In this document: positions 38,569 to 46,595 of the stretch, piece by piece
Position numbering within the stretch: the stretch's first letter is position 1
How the letters are laid out: each line of letters starts with the position of its first letter
Assembly (NCBI GenBank): GCA_963825175.1
Contig: CAWGSA010000001.1
Span: 1,116,706-1,180,705 of the forward strand
Direction of reading: 5' to 3'
DNA from: an uncultured Acidobacteriota bacterium
GTDB lineage: Bacteria; Acidobacteriota; Thermoanaerobaculia; UBA5066; Gp7-AA6
DNA: 64,000 nucleotides
Program-made: the position numbers and the translations under genes
Notes under the pieces: model-generated
Seen by the model: the letters and a program-made list of their open reading frames with translations, nothing else
Told to the model about the DNA's origin: nothing
Databases searched by the model: none

Positions 38569-40058
38569 GGAGGCGCGAGCCGGCACGGGCCCGCGTCGCG
38601 CTGCGCCTCGCTCTCGCGTTTTTCTCGTTCCTGCAGGGCGCCCTCCTCCTGGCCCAGGAGGGCTTCTCGCCGTTCACCTCCGATTTTCCGCCGGCGGAGT
38701 TCGCCGCCCGGCGCGAGAAGGTGTACGACGCGATCGGGGGAAAGACGGTCGCTCTTCTCCAGGGCGCGCCGACGCCCGTGGGGTACACGCGCTTCCGGCA
38801 GTCCAACGACTTCTATTACCTGTGCGGCATCGAAGTCCCCAACGCCTACCTCCTGCTCGACGGCGCCTCCCGCAAGACCACGCTCTATCTGCCGCACAGG
38901 AACGAGGGGCGGGAACGGGGCGAAGGAAAGGTACTCGCCGCCGAGGACGCGGAGGAGGTCCGCACGCTCTCCGGCGTGGACGCGGTCTTCGGAACCGACC
39001 TGATGGCCGAGCAGCTGGCGCGGCTGGTCCAGCGCTTCGACGGGCTGGCCGTTTCCACGCCCCTCTTTCCGCCCGAGGGGTTCGCCGAAAGCCGGGACCT
39101 GGCTCTGCGCCGCGTCGCGGAGCTGGGATCGGATCCGTGGGACCAGAGCCCTTCGCGGGCCGGCCGCCTGGTGTCGCTCTTGAAGGAGCGTTTCCCCAAC
39201 GTGGCGGTGACCGATCTCTCTCCGGCTCTCGACCGGCTGCGCGTCGTCAAGAGCCCGCGCGAGATCGCGGTGATCCGCAAAGCCACGCGCCTGGCCGATC
39301 TGGCCCTGCTGGAGGCGATGCGCTCGACGGAGCCCGGCCAGTACGAGCACGAGCTCGACGGGTTGGCCAAGTTCATCTATTACAGAAACGGCGCCCAGGG
39401 CGACGCCTACTACTCGCTGATCGCGTCGGGGCCCAACGCCTGGTGGCCGCACTACAACGCGGGCAAGCGCAAGATGGTCGACGGCGACTTCCTGCTCATG
39501 GATTACGCGCCCGACTACGGCTACTACATGAGCGACGTCACACGGATGTGGCCGGTCAACGGAAAGTACTCGCGCGCGCAGCGCGACCTCTACGGGTTCT
39601 ACCTGGCCTGCTACCGCGCCATCCTGAAGGCCATCCGGCCCGGCGTGATGCCGCCGGCGGCGATGCAGGAGGCGGCCGGCGAGATGGAGAAGATCCTGGC
39701 CTCGTCGAAATTCTCCAAAGAGATCTACCAGAAGGCCGCCCGCCAGTTCGTGGACGAGTACAAGAAAGGCGCCTCGCGGCAGGGTGCGGCGCTGGGCCAC
39801 TGGGTCGGCATGGCCACGCACGACGACGGCCCCCACGACGCGGCGCTCGCGCCGGGCAACGTCTTCACCATCGAGCCCGCGCTGCGCGTGCCCGAGGAGA
39901 AGATCTACATCCGCCTGGAGGACGTCATCGTGATCGGAGACAAGACGGCCGAGATCGTCAGCCACGTGACGCCGGAGGATCCCGACGCGATCGAGAAGAT
40001 CATGAAGGAAGCGGGGCTTCTGAAGAAGTATCCGAGGGCGGACTTCGCGAAGCCGTAG
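38565..40058 (+). CDS. M24 family metallopeptidase (Xaa-Pro aminopeptidase-like), secreted
   Basis: GTG start overlaps the preceding stop (GTGA). Signal peptide. The C-terminal half carries the M24 metal-binding region (GHWVGMATHD...FTIEP...IRLEDVIVI). Confidence 0.75.
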   Translation: MRRREPARARVALRLALAFFSFLQGALLLAQEGFSPFTSDFPPAEFAARREKVYDAIGGKTVALLQGAPTPVGYTRFRQSNDFYYLCGIEVPNAYLLLDGASRKTTLYLPHRNEGRERGEGKVLAAEDAEEVRTLSGVDAVFGTDLMAEQLARLVQRFDGLAVSTPLFPPEGFAESRDLALRRVAELGSDPWDQSPSRAGRLVSLLKERFPNVAVTDLSPALDRLRVVKSPREIAVIRKATRLADLALLEAMRSTEPGQYEHELDGLAKFIYYRNGAQGDAYYSLIASGPNAWWPHYNAGKRKMVDGDFLLMDYAPDYGYYMSDVTRMWPVNGKYSRAQRDLYGFYLACYRAILKAIRPGVMPPAAMQEAAGEMEKILASSKFSKEIYQKAARQFVDEYKKGASRQGAALGHWVGMATHDDGPHDAALAPGNVFTIEPALRVPEEKIYIRLEDVIVIGDKTAEIVSHVTPEDPDAIEKIMKEAGLLKKYPRADFAKP

Positions 40059-40095
40059 ATCGTGAGGCGTGAGGCGTTAGGCGTGAGGCGGAAGA
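40059..40095. repeat. spacer array of GGCGTGAGG nonamers
   Basis: gatcgtgaggcgtgaggcgttaggcgtgaggcgg. Reverse-complement family of the array at 58596-58656. Confidence 0.65.
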
Positions 40096-40110
40096 GACGC
40101 TAAGAAATCC

Positions 40111-42376
40111 GTGAGCGATTCCGGCTGGCGCGGATTCGTCTTCACCGTCGCTCTCTCCGCGGCGGTCGCGGCGGCGGCGATCTGGTCTCATGAGCCGCGC
40201 GCGCCGCGCAACGACCCGGCGCCGGGCGCGTTCTCGGCGATCCGGGCCCGCGAGATGCTCCAGCGGCTGGTCGGCGACGGCGTTGCGCATCCCGTGGGGA
40301 GCGCCGGCAACGCGGCGGTCCGACAGCGTGTGATCGACGAGCTCACGCGCCTGGGCTACGCGCCGACGACGCAGGAGGCCTTCGTCTGCGGCGACTCGGG
40401 AGTCTGCGCGACGGTGACCAACGTCCTGGCCCGATTGCCCGGAAACTCCGGCGCGAGAGCGGTCATGCTCGCGGCGCACTACGACTCGGTCCCCGCCGGC
40501 CCCGGCGCCTCCGACGACGGTATGGGCGTCGCCGTGATGCTCGAAGCGGCCCGGATCCTGCGTCAGGAGGGTCCGCGCAGGAACCCGGTCCTCTTCCTCA
40601 TCGACGACGCCGAGGAGGCCGGCCTCCTGGGGGCGCGGGCGTTCGTGCGCGACCATCCCTGGGCGCGGGACGTCGGCGCGGTCGTCAACCTCGATTCGCG
40701 CGGCACGACGGGGTCGAGCCTTCTCTTCGAAACGAGCGACGACAACCGCTGGCTGATCGACCTCGCCGCGGCTTCCCTGCCGCGTCCCGACACGAGCTCG
40801 CTCTTCGACACGATCTACAAGTGGCTCCCCAACGACACCGACCTGACCGTCTTCCGCAGAGCCGGGCTCGCCGGCGTGAACTTCGCGCACATCGGCGACG
40901 TCGAGCGCTACCACACGCCGCTCGACAATTTCGCCAACGCGTCCGCGGCGACGCTCGGCGAGCACGGCGCGCACGTCCTCGCGATGGCCAGGGCGCTGGC
41001 GCAGGCGGATCTCGAAGCGCCGCATCGGGGCAACGCGGTCTTCTTCGACGTCTTCGGGCTGGGCATCGTCCGATGGAGGGATGAGGCAACGCCTTTCCTC
41101 GCCGCGGCCGCGGCCCTCCTGGTCGCCGCGGCGATCGGATCGGCGCTGGCCCGGGGCACGCTGCGGCTGGCCGAGCTCCTCTGGGGGATTCCGGCCGTCC
41201 TCCTGGCCCTCGCCGTTTCCGCCGCGGCCGGAGCGGGGGCGGCCGCTCTGATCCGAGCCGCCGGCCACCTCTCGACGTCGTGGATCGCGCATCCGGAGCC
41301 CACGCTGATCGCGGTGTGGACCTTCTCCTGCGCCGGCGCCTGGCTGGCCGCTCATTTCTTCGCGCGGCGCTCCGGCTGGCGCGGCCTGTGGGCGGCGACC
41401 TGGGCGTCGTCGGCCGCGCTCAGCCTGGTCCTGGCGTGGGCCGAGCCGGCCCTGGCGTTTCTGACGCTCGTGCCCTGTGCCCTCGCCGGCGCCGCCGGAC
41501 TCCTCGCGCTGCGGAGCCTGCGTCCGGCCGCCGCCGCGTTCGCCGCCGCGCTGCCCGCCGCCGCGGCCGCGTTCTTCTGGCTTCCGATGGCCTGGCTCCT
41601 CTACGGAGCGCTCGGAGCACGCAGTCCCGCGATCGGCGCCGCGGTGGGGATGTGGGCCGGCGCGGCCGCCCCGGCGTTTCTGTTCCTCTCCGCCACGCAG
41701 CGCCGCCGCCTCCTTCTCGCGATCGGCGCCTCCGGACTCCTGGCGATCGTCGCCGGATTTTTCGTCTCGCCGCACGATGCCGCCGTGCCGGAGCGGATGC
41801 AGATCGTCCGGGAACAGGAACCCGGCGCCGGGACCGCCCAATGGATGATCTTCCCGGAGTCCGATCGCCTCCCGTCCCGATTCGCCGAAGCCGGCTTCCG
41901 CGCCGCGCGCGAGCGTCGAGCCGTGGGCCGGCGGCCGCCGTGGCTTCGCCGCGCCGGCGCCGCCCCTGGACCTCCCTTCGCCGCGGCTGGTCGTCCGGGA
42001 GACGACGCGCACGGCCTCGGGCCGCCGGGTGCGGGTCACGCTCGTCTCCGACCGATCCGCGCCGATCGTTTTTCTCGCCTTTCCCCCTTCCGCGAACGTC
42101 TCCTCGGTGACGATCGCCGATCAACCCCTCGTCTTCGATCCGCGCATCACCGCCCTGCGCGGCGGATGGCGGCTGGCGTCGTGCCTGACGACGCCCACCG
42201 GAGGGATCGACCTGGCCTTCACCGCCGCGGACGACGATCCGCTCGAGGTCGTGGCGGGCGATCGTTCCTTCGGCCTGCCTCCGGGCTCGCAGCGGCTGAC
42301 CGCGCTTCGCGGCGACTCCGCCGTCACGAGCCAGAGCGGCGACCTGACCGACGTTCTCCGGCGGCTGAAGATCTAG
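40111..42376 (+). CDS. M28 family peptidase with multi-TM region; apparent frameshift near 41900-41930
   Basis: HYDSVPAGPGASDDGMGVA and LFLIDDAEEAGLLGARAF M28 motifs. After about residue 600 the genuine-looking sequence switches to the +1 frame (VEPWAGGRRGFAAPAPPLDLPSPRLVVRETTRTASGRRVRVTLVSDRSAPIVFLAFPPSANVSS...), ending at TAG 42374-42376. Confidence 0.55.
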
Positions 42377-42415
42377 CAGGCTGCTGACGCCCGCAATCAT
42401 TCTTCAGCAGCCTGC
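42376..42415. terminator. 12-bp perfect-stem hairpin between convergent genes (GCAGGCTGCTGA ... TCAGCAGCCTGC)
   Basis: Read directly. Spans the stop codons of both flanking genes. Confidence 0.45.
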
Positions 42416-42419
42416 TCGT

Positions 42420-43406
42420 TTAGGACGCGCCCCCCGACAGCAGCTCCGCAAGCGCGCGGATGGTCGCCGGCGCGCACCCTTCCGCCTTGTTGTTGACCAG
42501 GACGAAGACGTCGCGGCCCTTTTCCGCGGCGCGGCGGGCCAGGCCGGCGACCTGGCCGCGCATCGCGGGATCAAAGTCCCGGATCCGATCGAAGGGAGCC
42601 AGCGCCTCGCGCCGCTCCTCGTAGCGGGTCGCCGGCGGAAGAAGCAGACGGATCACGACGAACGGCACGGCGGGCGGCAGCGCCTCCTCTTGCTCGGCCG
42701 GCAGCGGCATCGCCGTAGCCAGGTTGTAGACGTGGGACACGCCGCGGCGCGCGAGGACCCGTCCGTACTCCGGGGTCAGGAGGCGCTTCTCGCGCAGCTC
42801 GACGGCGAAACGGACGCCGCGGGGGAGCGCCTCCAGGAAACGGTCCAGCGCCTGCGCGAACGCGCCCGGCGCGAGCGCCGCGGCGGCGGGCGCGGGCGGA
42901 AACTGCAGCACGAACGGCCCGGTGTGGTCCGAGAAGGCGCCCGCGAACGGCTCGAGCATTTCGGCGGTCAAGCGCGCGGCGTCGAGAAAGTCCGGATTGG
43001 CCCGACGCGAAGCGCCGTCGCGGATAACGACGTCGGTCACCGCCGCGGGAGCCTTGGCCACGCAGAGAAAGCCGGCCGGCAGCTGGCGCGCGTAGTCCGC
43101 CAGATCGTTGGGAGGGATGGGAGCGTAGAAGCCGCGGTCGATCCCCACCGTCGTCAGCAGGGGATGGCGCGCGTATTCGACCAGCCCTTCGCGGGCCAGG
43201 ACGGACGGCGACGCCCGGCGCGAATAGACCAGCCCGGCCCATTCCGGATAGCTCCAGGAGCTCGTCCCGAAGAAGATCCGCGGCGGCAGCTTCGCCGCGA
43301 TCGCGGCGCACTCCGCGTGCTCGCGCTCCAGCCGCTCGCGGAGCGCCCGGTCCACGGCGCGCGGCGGCGCGGCGAAAAGATCGAGCTGCGCGTCGGCGTC
43401 GCTCAC
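42420..43406 (-). CDS. DUF72 family protein
   Basis: IFFGTSSWSYPEWAGLVY is the DUF72 hallmark. GTG start (complement 43404-43406). The longer track ORF is rejected. Confidence 0.7.
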   Translation of the reverse strand: MSDADAQLDLFAAPPRAVDRALRERLEREHAECAAIAAKLPPRIFFGTSSWSYPEWAGLVYSRRASPSVLAREGLVEYARHPLLTTVGIDRGFYAPIPPNDLADYARQLPAGFLCVAKAPAAVTDVVIRDGASRRANPDFLDAARLTAEMLEPFAGAFSDHTGPFVLQFPPAPAAAALAPGAFAQALDRFLEALPRGVRFAVELREKRLLTPEYGRVLARRGVSHVYNLATAMPLPAEQEEALPPAVPFVVIRLLLPPATRYEERREALAPFDRIRDFDPAMRGQVAGLARRAAEKGRDVFVLVNNKAEGCAPATIRALAELLSGGAS

Positions 43407-43443
43407 GCGGCGATTCTCCCACCGCGGGTAGACTGCGGGCGAA

Positions 43444-45453
43444 GTGGAAGAGATCGGGAACGCGGCGCTCGCGCCGATCGAGCGAGAGCTGGTCGAACGA
43501 TACGGGCAGGCGCAGCGCGCCGCCGTCGGCCGGGGCCTGGCCCAGGCCGCGCGGTTCTGGCGCGCCGCGGACGGAACGGCGGCCGACTTCGCCGACCTTG
43601 CCCGGACCCACTTCGCCGGCGACACAGCCGCGCGGGATGCCCTCTTCTCGCGGATGGAGTTCGCGTTGGAATCCCTGGACGGCCACATGTTCGAAATCGC
43701 ACGCGATTTTCGGCGCCAGGCCGACCTGGACCTGGGAACCGTCCACCCCTTCGACGAGATCCTGGCCGGGTACGATCCGTCCGCGCACGTCGCCGACGAC
43801 TGGTTCGCCAACAAGCTCGCCTTCGCGGTGCTGCTGAACTTCCCGCTGACCACGCTGGCAGAGCGCCTGCGCGAGGGAGACAGTTGGACCCGGCGCCAGT
43901 GGGCAGAGACGCGCCTGGCCGAGCGCTTCTCCAAGCGCGTCCCCGCCGACGTGCATCTGGCCATCGGCAAGGCCGCGGCGGAGGCCGAGCAGTACATCGC
44001 CGGCTACAACGTCTGGATGCACCACGTCCTCGCGTCCGACGCAAGCCGCCTTTTTCCGCCCGGGCTGCGCCTGCTCGCGCACTGGAACCTGCGCGACCAG
44101 ATCAAGGCCGACTACGCCGAGCCGGCGTCCCGCGGCCTCCCCCGCCAGCGCCTGATCGCCGCGGTCTTCGAACGGATCGTCACGCAGACGATCCCCGCGG
44201 CGGTGATCGACGATCCGCGCGTCGACTGGGAGCCCGCCGGCAACACCGTCGCGCCTTCCACAGCCGACGACGTGGATCGGTCCGTCCCGATTGCGAGGTC
44301 CCCCGACTCCGGACGCGAGCCGGACACGCGGTACGCCAAGCTCCTCGCAACCTTCCGCGCCGCGCGGCTGGCCGATCCGTTCTCGCCGACCGCCCCCACG
44401 ATGATCGCCCGCCGCTTCGAAGAGAGCCGGCAGATCCCCGAAGACCGCGTCTGCGGGATCCTGGAAGATGTCCTGGCCTCCCCGCTCGCGCCGCGCGCCG
44501 CGCGCCTGATCGAGAAGCGGTTGGGCCGTCCGCTCGAGCCCTTCGACATCTGGTACTCGGGATTTCGCCCCGCCGCCGGCCGCGCGGAAACCGAGCTCGA
44601 TCTCCTGGTGCGGGAGCGCTACCCGACGCCCCAGGCCTACGAGCGGGACATTCCGCGGCTGCTCGGGCTTCTCGGATTCTCCGCGGCGAAGGCGCACCAC
44701 CTGGCCGATCACATCGTGGTCGATCCGGCGCGCGGAGCCGGCCACGCCATGGGAGCGGCCCGCCGCGAGGACAAGGCGCACCTGCGCACGCGCGTGCCCC
44801 CGGCCGGCATGGACTTCAAGGGCTTCTCGATCGCGGTCCACGAGATGGGGCACAACGTCGAGCAGGTCTTCTCCTTGAACGACATCGATTCGACGCTCCT
44901 GCAGGGCGTTCCCAACACCGCCTTTACCGAGGCCCTGGCCTTCGTCTTCCAGAAGCGCGACCTGGAGCTCCTCGGCCTGGCCCGGCCGGACCCCGCGGAG
45001 CGCTCCTGGAAGACGCTCCACGACTTCTGGAGCACCTTCGAGATCGCCGGCGTGGCGCTGGTCGACATGGGCGTGTGGCACTGGATGTACGACCATCCCG
45101 ACGCGCCGCCAGAAGACCTGCGGGAAGCGACGCTGGCGATCGCGCGGGACGTCTGGAACCTCTACTACGCGGCGGCCTTGCGTTCGCGCGACCAGGTGCT
45201 CCTGGCTGTCTACTCCCACATGGTCTCCTCCTTCCTCTACCTGCCCGACTATCCTCTGGGCCACTTGATCGCCTTCCAGATCGACCGCCAGATGGAGAAG
45301 GCGGGGGCGATCGGGCCCGAGTTCGAGCGCATGGCCCTGATCGGCAATGTCACGCCGGATCTCTGGATGAGGCGAGCCACCGGCTCGCCCGTCGGCCCCG
45401 AAGCCCTGCTCGAGGGAACCGAGGAGGCTCTGGCGGCATTGGCCCACTCCTAG
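43444..45453 (+). CDS. hypothetical protein with HExxH zinc-metallopeptidase motif
   Basis: 669 aa. HEMGHNVEQ motif. I recognise no family. Confidence 0.5.
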   Translation: MEEIGNAALAPIERELVERYGQAQRAAVGRGLAQAARFWRAADGTAADFADLARTHFAGDTAARDALFSRMEFALESLDGHMFEIARDFRRQADLDLGTVHPFDEILAGYDPSAHVADDWFANKLAFAVLLNFPLTTLAERLREGDSWTRRQWAETRLAERFSKRVPADVHLAIGKAAAEAEQYIAGYNVWMHHVLASDASRLFPPGLRLLAHWNLRDQIKADYAEPASRGLPRQRLIAAVFERIVTQTIPAAVIDDPRVDWEPAGNTVAPSTADDVDRSVPIARSPDSGREPDTRYAKLLATFRAARLADPFSPTAPTMIARRFEESRQIPEDRVCGILEDVLASPLAPRAARLIEKRLGRPLEPFDIWYSGFRPAAGRAETELDLLVRERYPTPQAYERDIPRLLGLLGFSAAKAHHLADHIVVDPARGAGHAMGAARREDKAHLRTRVPPAGMDFKGFSIAVHEMGHNVEQVFSLNDIDSTLLQGVPNTAFTEALAFVFQKRDLELLGLARPDPAERSWKTLHDFWSTFEIAGVALVDMGVWHWMYDHPDAPPEDLREATLAIARDVWNLYYAAALRSRDQVLLAVYSHMVSSFLYLPDYPLGHLIAFQIDRQMEKAGAIGPEFERMALIGNVTPDLWMRRATGSPVGPEALLEGTEEALAALAHS

Positions 45454-45654
45454 CAGCCCGTGGAAAAATGGATGCGGGCGTCGTGTCCGGCTTTTTGCAT
45501 AGGAAGTCTCGGCAACTCCAGCGGAGTCGAGAGGAGTCGAGATCTTCTTCCGCGGTGAGTGAAAGATCGCAAAAAGCCGGCCACCCCAAGGGGTTGCGGC
45601 GGCGCGGCGCTCGCACGCCACGCCGCCTCACACCCTTTTTCCACGGGCTGCGAG
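45453..45654. other. about 200-bp nested inverted-repeat structure (structured ncRNA or MITE candidate)
   Basis: GCAGCCCGTGGAAAAA (45453-45468) pairs with TTTTTCCACGGGCTGC (45637-45652). Inner pair CCGGCTTTTTGC (45492-45503) pairs with GCAAAAAGCCGG (45569-45580). Confidence 0.5.
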
Positions 45655-45780
45655 GAGACTTCTCGCGATGCGAGAGCTGCGACTTCGGCCCTGGACGTTC
45701 GACGCGCGCCGGCCGAGTGTCGCGATAGACTTGCGCCCGCCTCGATGGATCGGGGATCCGAAAGAAAGGAAATGCGAAAG

Positions 45781-46236
45781 ATGAAGAAGTCGGGCTTTCT
45801 GTTGCTGGCGGCCGCCCTCGCCGTGGCCCTGTCGATTCCGGCGATTGCCGACGAGAAGAAGGACGACAAGAAAGGCGAGTCCAAGATGCACAAGACGCCG
45901 AGCGGCCTCCAGTACGAGGACACGGTCGTCGGGGCCGGCGATTCCCCCAAGACCGGTCAGACCTGTGTGATGCACTACACCGGCTGGCTCTGGGAGAACG
46001 GCGCGAAAGGAAAGAAGTTCGACAGCTCCGTCGATCGCGGCAAGCCCTTCAAGTTCCAGATCGGCCGTGGCATGGTCATCAAGGGATGGGACGAAGGTGT
46101 GGCCACGATGAAGGTCGGCGGCAAACGGACTCTTCTCATCCCGCCGCAGCTCGGCTACGGCACGCAGGGCGCCGGCGGCGTCATCCCGCCCAACGCCACG
46201 CTGATGTTCGACGTGGAGCTGCTGGGGGTCGAGTAG
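45781..46236 (+). CDS. FKBP-type peptidyl-prolyl cis-trans isomerase (periplasmic)
   Basis: Signal peptide, then FKBP domain (GLQYEDTVVGAGDSPKTGQTCVMHYTGWL...FDSS...PFKFQIGRGMVIKGWDEGVATMKVGGKRTLLIPPQLGYG). Confidence 0.85.
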   Translation: MKKSGFLLLAAALAVALSIPAIADEKKDDKKGESKMHKTPSGLQYEDTVVGAGDSPKTGQTCVMHYTGWLWENGAKGKKFDSSVDRGKPFKFQIGRGMVIKGWDEGVATMKVGGKRTLLIPPQLGYGTQGAGGVIPPNATLMFDVELLGVE

Positions 46237-46239
46237 GGC

Positions 46240-46570
46240 GGTCGGCTTCCGGCTTGGCAAGGGCGAGGTGCAGGTCGCGTCCGCTCGATCGGGATCTGCG
46301 GGCCGGAGCGCGGACGGGGACTTGACGCGGGCGGCCGCGAGGGCCGCCCCTACGGCACCAATCGCAAACGTTCGTAGGGGAGGGGCTTGTCCCCGCCCCC
46401 GCTCCGGTTTGCCCGCGCTTTCGCGGCGCGACCAAGTTTCGCGGACTGAATCCGCGAAACGACTCGCGTCGCGGGAGCCGGAGCGGAGCGCGCGATGAGG
46501 CGTTTGGTCGAGCCCCTTTGGGCGAGCCAAACGCCGGTGCGCCGAAGGCGCACATCGCGAGCGAAGCGGA
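46240..46570. repeat. composite copy of the REP/MITE-like family
   Basis: CCGCTCGATCGGGATCTGCG module at 46281. CGAAAC...GTTTCG module at 46398-46490. Hairpin core GGCGTTTGG-TCGAGCCCCTTTGGGCGAGC-CAAACGCC at 46499-46535. Confidence 0.8.
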
Positions 46571-46595
46571 GGCGACGGTATTAACATCCCACCCC

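Noticed and set aside
42571-45728. Two ORFs of about 1000 aa, 42571..45621 on the minus strand and 42690..45728 on the plus strand
   Set aside because: Their translations are Arg/Gly/Ala/Pro-rich low complexity. They overlap well-supported genes in other frames (DUF72, HExxH protein). Long open frames in all six frames are expected at about 70% GC.
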